A DNA stretch of 64,000 nucleotides from the IMG/VR virus record IMGVR_UViG_3300043449_001497, positions 8,744-72,743 of that record; one strand, written 5' to 3'. The notes below the pieces were generated by a model. The model ran no database searches. It was not told where the DNA came from and saw nothing but the letters and a program-made list of their open reading frames with translations. Each line of letters opens with the position of its first letter. Positions within the stretch are counted from its first letter, which is position 1. Source of the DNA: a virus. Positions 56,245-64,000 of the stretch are shown one piece after another. Both the position numbers and the translations under genes were made by a program.

Positions 56245-58365
56245 ATGGCAGGGCCCGACAACCAGAGGAACCAGCAGCTCGTCATTCCGGCTGGAGAGTC
56301 GGAGATCAGCTACACCTCCCGTACGCTGACCCAGAAGATCGTCAACTTCGAGTTCACGGTCAAGCGAACGCTGGCAACCACCCTCGGGCCCACCATCTAC
56401 GAGCCTGACCGCCCTGCAACGTCCGACCCGGCTGACGTCTTCGCGACGAGCGGGAAGGGCGGCACCTTCGGAAAGATGCACGGCATCTTCCACACGCTGC
56501 TACTGGGCGGTCAGGCTGACATCCTCCTGGTGCGCTGCGGCACCAAGCTCTTCCGCCACGCTGGCTGGCAGCGTGGTTGGGAGGAGCTCTACTCGGGTCT
56601 CACCGACGACTCGCGCGCCGGGACCTACCCTGACCAGTTCGTCGTGATGAACGACAAGATCATCTGGACGAACGGTATCGACGGGCCCTTGGTCATCGAC
56701 TCCCACGGCGCGGTTGACCCGCTTGGGTTCAACTCGCCTCCGTCTGCCCCCAACATCTACGGCCCCTCGCAGTTCGGGGACAAGCGGTTCTTCTACCCGA
56801 ACGCGGGCGGGTACACCTGGCGCGGTGACATCGGCACGCCGGGTGACGTGCTGAGCGGCATGTCGGGGTCCGTGCTTGACGGCTCGTGGACCTACTACAC
56901 GGTCCTCGAGGACATCTACGGCAACCTCTCGGCACCGTCGGCACCGTCCTCGGTGGCGGTCATCAAGACCATCCAGGCCGACCCCGTCATCGTCGGAGAC
57001 GGCGACACGCAGATGGGCGCCTTGATCGAGGACCTCACTCGACAGTTCCTCCTGCGCCTGACGGCCAAGGGTCCACCCCACACGGTGGCGGCGCACGTCT
57101 ACCGCACGCCAGACACGCGACGCGGGAGCACGATCCCGCAGCTGCTCGCGCGCATCCCAGGCCGGGAGCAGAGCATCTTCGGGGACCGCCGCGCGGACAG
57201 TGACCTCGGCGATGCGATGCAACGGACCGTCAGCGTCCCGACCTTTCGGACGATGTGCGTGCACCAGGGTCGCTTGGTCATCGCCAACACGCCGGAAGAC
57301 CCTGGACTTGTCCGGCTCTCCGACGCGGGGTTCCCAGGTACCTTCCTCGCCGACGACTACATCTACCCCGACAGCGGAGGGGCCGAGATCACTGCGGTGG
57401 TCTCGCACATGGGCCGTCTGCTGGCGTTCTCCGAGCGCGCGGCCTACGAGATCATCATCGACCCGCAGACGGGGACGCCGACCAGCGCAGTGACGTTTGC
57501 CCAGGGTGTCGGGTGTTCCTCTCCGCGAAGCATCCAGGCTCTGCCGGACGGCATCCTGGTGTGGCTCTCGCGCGACGGCTTCTACGGCGCGAGCCCCACG
57601 GGCCGTGTTGTCCGCATCAGCGACGACATCCACAAGCAGCTCTTCTACGACATGAACACCTCGCGTTACCGTCGCGCGGTGGCCTGCCTCGACCCCATCA
57701 GTCGCGAGTACCACTGCGCCATCGCTCCGGCAGGCGAGGCCGACAACAAGATCATCTTCTGCTACGACGGGCAGAACTGGCGTCGGCACGACTTCGGAGC
57801 CATGTCGATCAGCGACATCTGCACGACGGACGACTACCGCCAGATCGTCATGTTTGCGGGCGACAACACGGTCACGGGCAGCCCGGTGAGCAACGTCTTC
57901 GTGAAGGACCACGAGACGCAGAACTTCAACCCGCCCCCGCGCACGGCGCTCTACCGCTCGGGCTGGTACTACGGCGACACGACGGGTTCGACGCCCCTCC
58001 ATCTCCGGTCCATCTACCTGGGCATGATGGACGCTTACAACGAGCCATTCACCATCCGGTTCTTCCGGAACAACTCCTGGAAGCCGTTCCTGGAGATGAC
58101 CGACGTGCTCGCCATCGGTGTCGACGACGACAGCGATGTGGTGCGCGACGTGGCCGGAGACGCCGTTGTCGGCACCGCCCGCACCCACGAGCCTCGCCTC
58201 TTCTGGCGCATGGTCCCGGCTGGCCTGGAGAACGTCTACTCCTGGGCCTTCGAGATCGAGGTCAACTACCCCACCCGCATCAACATCGCCGCCATCTCGT
58301 TCGACCAGAGCATCGCGACGGGCGGCAACATCCGCGGGCGCTTCCCGCTGCGAGCTGACGTATGA
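56245..58365 (+). CDS. Tail nozzle/stabilisation (beta-propeller) protein
   Basis: HQGRLVIA, GVGCSSPRSI and VWLSRDGFY propeller-blade motifs. Confidence 0.65.
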   Translation: MAGPDNQRNQQLVIPAGESEISYTSRTLTQKIVNFEFTVKRTLATTLGPTIYEPDRPATSDPADVFATSGKGGTFGKMHGIFHTLLLGGQADILLVRCGTKLFRHAGWQRGWEELYSGLTDDSRAGTYPDQFVVMNDKIIWTNGIDGPLVIDSHGAVDPLGFNSPPSAPNIYGPSQFGDKRFFYPNAGGYTWRGDIGTPGDVLSGMSGSVLDGSWTYYTVLEDIYGNLSAPSAPSSVAVIKTIQADPVIVGDGDTQMGALIEDLTRQFLLRLTAKGPPHTVAAHVYRTPDTRRGSTIPQLLARIPGREQSIFGDRRADSDLGDAMQRTVSVPTFRTMCVHQGRLVIANTPEDPGLVRLSDAGFPGTFLADDYIYPDSGGAEITAVVSHMGRLLAFSERAAYEIIIDPQTGTPTSAVTFAQGVGCSSPRSIQALPDGILVWLSRDGFYGASPTGRVVRISDDIHKQLFYDMNTSRYRRAVACLDPISREYHCAIAPAGEADNKIIFCYDGQNWRRHDFGAMSISDICTTDDYRQIVMFAGDNTVTGSPVSNVFVKDHETQNFNPPPRTALYRSGWYYGDTTGSTPLHLRSIYLGMMDAYNEPFTIRFFRNNSWKPFLEMTDVLAIGVDDDSDVVRDVAGDAVVGTARTHEPRLFWRMVPAGLENVYSWAFEIEVNYPTRINIAAISFDQSIATGGNIRGRFPLRADV

Positions 58366-60050
58366 GCTACATCTTCCCCCGCCGTAGGCTGCGCGACCCC
58401 GACGTTCTCGATCCCATCGAGCTCACCCAGGACCTGTCTCCCGCTGCTGAGCGCCTGAGCGGGCGCCTGAACGCGCACAACTTCAACGAGAACATCTCCT
58501 CGACGGTCGACCTCGAACCGGAGGCCGTGACCGACACCTGGATTTACCGCCTGGCGGTGCCGTTCGGTGATCTCCACCCGGCAACGGCTCTCGAGCCCTG
58601 GACGGGAATGCCGGACGAGCTGGTGCCCGCGGTAGGCACGGCGAACGAGGACGCTTACCTCGTCCAGAACACGTTCGAGTGGCAGGCCATTGCAGACGTG
58701 AACGGAGCGACGGCCGTCGTCACCGTCGACACGGGCTCCGCGGTGCTCTGGGTCCACGCCTTCGCGCAGTACCTCTGGTACGGGTTCCAGCTTCAGCTCG
58801 ACAGCCCCGCCGACTACCCGAACTGGCAGCACGCCAGCAACGCAGACGAGCGAGGCGTGAACCTCCAGTTCGCCATCCGGTTCGACGGCAGCGTTCTCGA
58901 GGACACCATCACGGGGATCGACGACCCGGTCTACCAGGCGTCGATGCCGCTGAAGCCGCTCATCCAGCGCGACACCACGGCAGCCAACACCCCGCTGCCG
59001 GGTCCGCAGGACATCCGGAGCCCGCAGATCTGCGCCATCGGCCCGGCCGCTGGAGGACCGCGCATCAGCGCGTGCATCCCGGTCCAGGCGGGCGAGCACA
59101 CCATCGAGATCGTGGTGCGGCGGGTTCCCCTGTACGTCATCGCGGGCAACTACACGGCGGGCGAGGTGGTCGACTCCATGCCCGAGTACACGAGCGTCGA
59201 CAACGTGTACATCATGAGCCGTCAGGTCATCGTCACCGAGCTCAAGACGTTCCCTGTCGATAGCGTGGTCTCGGCCGACCTCTCGGTGCCTGCCTTCGAG
59301 GAGGAAGACCCGGTCTCGAACACGACGATGTACGTCGAGCGTGTGCAGCCGCTCATCGCGGCCTACAACGACGTGGCCGAGGGCAACCTCCAGCGCGGCG
59401 CGCTGATGCACTACCACCTCCCCAACGTCCTCCGTGACCAGGACACGGAGCGGGCAGTCCTGACGACCGCGTTCCCCGGCGAGCTCTACAACTGCGTGTA
59501 CCCAGGCTTCAGCAGCGCCACCATCGCTTCGGCCAAGTACGACGCGGCGACCCCGAAGGTCGGCTGGTTCATGATCACCGACGGTACGCAGGACATCATG
59601 GTCAAGAACATCAGCATCGCCTTGCAGCGACGCATGCTGGTCATGGCCAACCTCCAGATCGTGGACATCGACGGGAGCCAGGTCGAGGTCTATATCTCAG
59701 GCGGTCCGCCCTCCACGGTCAACCAGGAGTACTGCGGCGGGTTCGCCGTCTTCCGCCTCATGTGGCGCGTTACCGGGACGGGCAACCAGGCGTGGCAGCC
59801 CCTCACCGAGTCGACGGCGATGGTCAACTCCTACTCCTGGAAGGCGGCGAGCCGGAACCAGCCGTACGAGTTTGCCGAGGTCATGCTCCAGGCCGAGTTC
59901 CCCATCGGTCCGCTGGCCGCGACGACCATCGACATCGCCGTCTTCGGTGCCGTGATGAACGGCAACGACGGCACGTTGAACCCCAACCAGCAGAAGACGG
60001 AGTTCGCGGTCAAGCGCGGAAGCATCGTCGCACTCAGCTTGAGGGACTGA
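58362..60050 (+). CDS. Putative tail protein
   Basis: Coupled to the nozzle gene. Confidence 0.5.
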   Translation: MSYIFPRRRLRDPDVLDPIELTQDLSPAAERLSGRLNAHNFNENISSTVDLEPEAVTDTWIYRLAVPFGDLHPATALEPWTGMPDELVPAVGTANEDAYLVQNTFEWQAIADVNGATAVVTVDTGSAVLWVHAFAQYLWYGFQLQLDSPADYPNWQHASNADERGVNLQFAIRFDGSVLEDTITGIDDPVYQASMPLKPLIQRDTTAANTPLPGPQDIRSPQICAIGPAAGGPRISACIPVQAGEHTIEIVVRRVPLYVIAGNYTAGEVVDSMPEYTSVDNVYIMSRQVIVTELKTFPVDSVVSADLSVPAFEEEDPVSNTTMYVERVQPLIAAYNDVAEGNLQRGALMHYHLPNVLRDQDTERAVLTTAFPGELYNCVYPGFSSATIASAKYDAATPKVGWFMITDGTQDIMVKNISIALQRRMLVMANLQIVDIDGSQVEVYISGGPPSTVNQEYCGGFAVFRLMWRVTGTGNQAWQPLTESTAMVNSYSWKAASRNQPYEFAEVMLQAEFPIGPLAATTIDIAVFGAVMNGNDGTLNPNQQKTEFAVKRGSIVALSLRD

Positions 60051-60051
60051 A

Positions 60052-60810
60052 ATGGCAACCATCACTCCGCAGACGACCTACCCCGACGGCTCCGTGCTGG
60101 ACGTGGCGAACCACAACGCCAACATCTACTCGGTGACGCCGGGTCGCGGCATCATGTCCGAACCGAACGGCGGTCTCGAGCAGGCGAACCTCGTCACGGG
60201 GTTCACTGTCCGCGCCGAGCACATCATGACCGAAGAGGCCGTGATCGCCCGCGCCGAAAGCCTGACTGTCCCGATGGACATCTACAGCAACGGCTTCGGG
60301 GTGGTGACGGACTCTGAGACCAACTACGTCGCCGTAGCAGGGCTCTGCCAAAGGGCCTATATCCCGTTCGACATCAGTGCGCTTGTCTGGGAGTGGAGTT
60401 TCTTCATCGCGGCATTCCGGCCTGCAATCGGCATCGGTGACGCCAACACCCGGTACGCGCTGGACATGCGCGTGTTCATCGACGGCGTGGAATACCCCTC
60501 GATGCGACGAGCTGCCCCCATCTCGGTGGACTGTCTGGCTGGAACGTCGACGCTCTACGACTTCGAGCAGGTCGCAGCGAACTGGTACGACTTCGCGCTG
60601 CTCCAGGAGAACGTGACCCAGGGGTTCCACGAGATTGCGGTCAAGCTGTTCATGGAGCGGCCCATCGACGAGACGACCAACACCGCGCCCACGCTGGACG
60701 TGGCTGGCGCTCTCTTCGGACCCGACCAGGCCGCCGACAACTACGAGTGCAAGCTGCACACGCGCATCACCTACGGTACCCGCAGTTCACGGGCCATCAT
60801 GTTCAAGTAG
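60052..60810 (+). CDS. Putative tail protein
   Basis: Operon context. Confidence 0.5.
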   Translation: MATITPQTTYPDGSVLDVANHNANIYSVTPGRGIMSEPNGGLEQANLVTGFTVRAEHIMTEEAVIARAESLTVPMDIYSNGFGVVTDSETNYVAVAGLCQRAYIPFDISALVWEWSFFIAAFRPAIGIGDANTRYALDMRVFIDGVEYPSMRRAAPISVDCLAGTSTLYDFEQVAANWYDFALLQENVTQGFHEIAVKLFMERPIDETTNTAPTLDVAGALFGPDQAADNYECKLHTRITYGTRSSRAIMFK

Positions 60811-60846
60811 CCGGAACTGCGATATACTCGCCTCGATGAGGTGCGT

Positions 60847-61563
60847 ATGGCTGTAGGGTCTGCTCTCGCTGCTGCAAAGCCAGTCGTCCAGGGGGTGCTC
60901 CAGGGAGCTCTCCCGACGGTAGCCAAGGTTGCTGGCGGCTTCCTGGGCGGTCCTGTCGGAGGCGCGCTCGCGGGTCTGGGCGGTCAGTACATCGCGGGCC
61001 GCATCGACCCTGCGATGAAGGCTCAGCGTGCCCAGCAGGCCAAGGACATCGCGGCGCTCCAGGCAGGCAAGCTCGGTCTCTCGGAGACCGAGAAGCGCAC
61101 GATGCTCGCAGGCGCGGCTCGTGGTCTCCAGGCACAGACGGCTGGGATGGAAGCGAACCTTCGCCGCCAGGCCGCCGCGCAGGGTGGCTTCGGTCGCTCG
61201 GGCGCCCAGCAGAAGGCCATCGGCAACCTCGCAGCTCAGCGCGGCGAGCAGCTCACCCAGTACGCGGGCAAGGTCGATGACCTGTCCCAGCAGACCGCCG
61301 AGCGGCGCAAGGCCGAGATCATGAACCGTCTCGAGCTCCGTCGCCAGGAAGCCCTCCGCGCGGGAGAGGCCGTCGGCAGCGCGCTCTCGCAGGCCCCGGC
61401 AGAGGGCGCGGTCGTCGCCAAGAAGGTGAGCGAGGCCGAGACGCGGCGCATGGACGACGAGGCGGAGGCGCGGGCCGCGTACTACGCGGAGAAGGCTCGC
61501 CTCGACGCGGTGGCGCGAGAGAAGGCTCAGCAGGCGGCTCTGCCCGCCGGAGGGAGTAAGTGA
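60847..61563 (+). CDS. Putative ejection (internal virion) protein
   Basis: Gly/Ala-rich amphipathic N-terminus (GGFLGGPVGGALAG), GGFGRSG, coiled coil. Confidence 0.55.
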   Translation: MAVGSALAAAKPVVQGVLQGALPTVAKVAGGFLGGPVGGALAGLGGQYIAGRIDPAMKAQRAQQAKDIAALQAGKLGLSETEKRTMLAGAARGLQAQTAGMEANLRRQAAAQGGFGRSGAQQKAIGNLAAQRGEQLTQYAGKVDDLSQQTAERRKAEIMNRLELRRQEALRAGEAVGSALSQAPAEGAVVAKKVSEAETRRMDDEAEARAAYYAEKARLDAVAREKAQQAALPAGGSK

Positions 61564-64000
61564 TGGCTCGTACGACCTACTTCGCGGGTGACGCCTTCCT
61601 CGACAGCCTGTACGGCACCTACGGCGCAGACCCTACGACTGACCCCGAGATGGCGAAGGTCTACCGTGGGCTGGTTGAGGCTCACCAGAAGCTCTACGCG
61701 GGACTGAACAAGGCTGAGATCGACCGCGAGCTTCGGACGCTCACGGAACAGGTCAAGATGTTCAAGACCGCCAGGGAGACCGCGGCAGCCCTGGCCGAGA
61801 CGCGCGGGAAGAGCCAGCGTGTCACCTCGCAGAACATCACCAAGCTGAAGACGACGCTCATCGACGCGAGCACTGAGATCTCGAAGGCGATGAACGCCAA
61901 GGGTCCGGCCTACACCACTGCGATGCAGGCCGCCGAATCGGCGGGCACCGACAACACGGCCCGGTACGTTGCGGCGATGACCCGGCTCGCGGCCTGGAGG
62001 GACTCCTTCGGCAAGCCTCTCGCGCCGGACAGCGCCGACAACATGCCCGTCATGAACCAGATGGCGATGGAGCTGTTCAAGAAGCCGCTCAACGAGGTTT
62101 CCGAGGCCGAGATGGTGGCCGCGCTCGGCAGCGCTGCACAGGGTCAGGTGGGTGACTTTGCCCGCAACAACATCCGCGCGGCAAAGATGCGGTACGACGA
62201 GATCCTTTCCCAGGGCCAGGTCCTCGCGCAAGGTCTGGAGAAGGTGAACAAGTACGACAGCCTGATGAACAACCTGGCCGCAGGGGCTCCAGGCGCCAAG
62301 AAGCTGAACGACGAACTGGCGGACCTGGCGGACCAGCTTCAGCCCGCGCTCATGCGTGCGACGGGCCGTTCGGCTGCGGACATCGAGGCGCAGCGCGAGC
62401 TGACGGTGAACCAGAACGCCGAGATCGAGGCGAGCCAGGCTCGTATCGACCGTGCGGAGCAGCGCGCGTACGGCACTACGACCAGCAAGCCTGGGGAGAA
62501 GATGGGCCGCCTCATGGCGACTCCGCAGTTCCAGGAATGGGCCAAGGGCAACGGCTACGAGATTGGAGACTACCTCATCACGGATGCGGGTAAGCTCGTC
62601 TCGCTTCCGGGTCCGGATGACCGCGCCGCGATGCGGATGTTCCTGTACCAGGCGAAGAACCCAGGCAAGTACGGTCCCATGCTGGCCAGCAAGTCCACGG
62701 GTGTGCTCGTCAAGGTGACCGCCCAGGACCCAGAGGAGAAGGCCCGCGTCATGGCCTCCTACAAGGGTGTGGGCGACAAGTACTATCTCGATGCCCAGGG
62801 TAACCTGGTTAAGCCCGCGGACGCCCTGGACCGTCTCGAGCGCGGCGGCTACGTCCCGTCGGTCGAGATCGACCTGGCTAGCGGAACCTTCCGGAAGCCG
62901 GATGGCTCGATGGTGGACGTCGATGGCAACCCTGTCGCGGCGGCTCCGGCCGGGGCGAAGTTCGTGCCCGCGTACCTCAACGACGCGAGCGGAAAGCCTG
63001 AGCGCTACCTGACGGTCGGGGACATCAGCGATGCCGAGAAGGTCAAGGCGCTGACCACGGTGCCCCAGGGCGCTCCCGACAAGATGGGAGGGGCCGCGTC
63101 TCCTGAGGAGGAGGCCCCCCTCGAAGCGCGTGCTCAGGCTGCACCGTACCGTGTAGCGACGGAGGACCAGGTCAAGCAGACCTGGACGGGGACCTACACG
63201 GGCTACCTCGACCGCCCGCACGCGAACGACGCGCTCTCCGGGAAGGCGGGCGCCAGCACCATCTCGCTCAACGGCGGACAGGTCCGGATCCCCGGCGGAC
63301 GTCCGGCTACCATCGAGGTGCTCGAGGAGCGTGAACCTGGCGTCATCCCCAGCGTTGTGCGTGCGTTCCACAAGCTCATGCCCGAGGAGCACGTCAAGGC
63401 GCTCAAGGAAAAGAACCTGATCCAAGAGCTGCCCCAGGAAGAGGCGAACCGTCTTGCCGAAGAGCAGAACGCGCGCTTCTTCGCGGCACCGCCGCCTGCG
63501 CCCGAAGCTCCGACCCTGGCGGTGACGACGGTCACCACGTCGGGTGGAGAGCAGCAGAACGTGGCCCTGCCCATCGGCAGCCAGGCGATCAACGTGGCGC
63601 AGGCCGAGGGCCGCCCTGTCATCACCGTTGGCGAGGAGGCAGTCGCTGAGCAGAAGGCTAAGGCCGACGCCGCTCAGGGCAAGGCTCCTGCCGCTGCCGC
63701 GGCCCCGGCTGCGGCTCCCGCTGCGGCCCCTGCGGCTCCCGCGACGAAGTCCGCTCCGGGGGCTGCCCCCTCCGCGGCGAAGACCATTCGCGTGAAGGAC
63801 GATGAAGGTAACGTCTTCGACGTGTCGGACGAAAAGATCACGCTGGTGAGCCAGCCCCCCGGTGCGAGGAAGTCGACGAAGACGGAGTGGTCCGCCATCA
63901 AGGACAAGGCCGTGAACGCGCAAGTTGTGGAGCCGGAAGCCAAGGCCGAGACCAAGCCTGCCCCATCTGCGCTGCCGAAGGCTGGGGCCAAGACGCAGAT
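61563..64000 (+). CDS. Large putative ejection protein (3' truncated, absent from the ORF track)
   Basis: TGATG-coupled ATG, MARTTYFAGDAFLDS...; appears open to the window end; Ala/Pro linker at about 63660-63780. Confidence 0.65.
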   Translation, partial: MARTTYFAGDAFLDSLYGTYGADPTTDPEMAKVYRGLVEAHQKLYAGLNKAEIDRELRTLTEQVKMFKTARETAAALAETRGKSQRVTSQNITKLKTTLIDASTEISKAMNAKGPAYTTAMQAAESAGTDNTARYVAAMTRLAAWRDSFGKPLAPDSADNMPVMNQMAMELFKKPLNEVSEAEMVAALGSAAQGQVGDFARNNIRAAKMRYDEILSQGQVLAQGLEKVNKYDSLMNNLAAGAPGAKKLNDELADLADQLQPALMRATGRSAADIEAQRELTVNQNAEIEASQARIDRAEQRAYGTTTSKPGEKMGRLMATPQFQEWAKGNGYEIGDYLITDAGKLVSLPGPDDRAAMRMFLYQAKNPGKYGPMLASKSTGVLVKVTAQDPEEKARVMASYKGVGDKYYLDAQGNLVKPADALDRLERGGYVPSVEIDLASGTFRKPDGSMVDVDGNPVAAAPAGAKFVPAYLNDASGKPERYLTVGDISDAEKVKALTTVPQGAPDKMGGAASPEEEAPLEARAQAAPYRVATEDQVKQTWTGTYTGYLDRPHANDALSGKAGASTISLNGGQVRIPGGRPATIEVLEEREPGVIPSVVRAFHKLMPEEHVKALKEKNLIQELPQEEANRLAEEQNARFFAAPPPAPEAPTLAVTTVTTSGGEQQNVALPIGSQAINVAQAEGRPVITVGEEAVAEQKAKADAAQGKAPAAAAAPAAAPAAAPAAPATKSAPGAAPSAAKTIRVKDDEGNVFDVSDEKITLVSQPPGARKSTKTEWSAIKDKAVNAQVVEPEAKAETKPAPSALPKAGAKTQ

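Larger units (their letters stand above)
1..64000. mobile_element. Tailed dsDNA bacteriophage genome segment, podovirus-like
   Basis: TerL, portal, major capsid, endolysin, phage PolA and ThyX, with densely packed overlapping ORFs. No host housekeeping genes, integrase, tape measure or sheath recognised. Confidence 0.95.

Noticed and set aside
63660-63780. GCGGCTCCCGCT-type repeats
   Set aside because: Ala/Pro linker inside a CDS.
54388-63923. Long antisense ORFs (54388-56493, 56500-58188, 61527-63923; also 1369-2700 and 48026-49405)
   Set aside because: Shadow frames of strongly GC3-biased real genes; they have no motifs or RBS.
1-64000. Integrase/att sites, reverse transcriptase/DGR, stop-codon reassignment
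   Set aside because: No such motifs were seen, and genes tile cleanly under the standard code.

Overview
This window is about 64 kb of a high-GC tailed dsDNA bacteriophage with podovirus-like architecture; no host chromosomal genes are recognisable. From left to right: (1) 1-9.5 kb, the 3' end of a large internal virion protein, tail/fibre-type genes, holin candidates and an M15 peptidase endolysin. (2) 9.5-10.7 kb, an XRE-HTH regulator with back-to-back promoters. (3) 10.7-30.3 kb, a rightward replication/recombination block: SNF2 helicase, Cas4-like nuclease, Sak4-like ATPase, SSB, Dps-like ferritin, UDG-fused family A DNA polymerase, a run of small ORFs sharing a GEHRREEE tail, ThyX, dCMP deaminase, SbcC-like ATPase, DUF927 helicase and a possible small terminase. 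(4) 30.4-42.7 kb, a leftward early/accessory block of small ORFs with reiterated promoters, boxA-like sites, conserved intergenic hairpins and a ~500-nt structured non-coding stretch. (5) 43-64 kb, an RNAP alpha-CTD protein, a leftward TerL-portal-scaffold operon, then rightward major capsid, decoration, adaptor/nozzle and ejection-type proteins running off the end. The most unusual signals are non-coding or junctional: two ~1.2-kb units with matching regulatory scaffolds but unrelated ORFs, CTAG-bounded covarying palindromes, the GEHRREEE cassette array and the candidate large ncRNA. All product calls come from motif recognition by eye; no searches were run.
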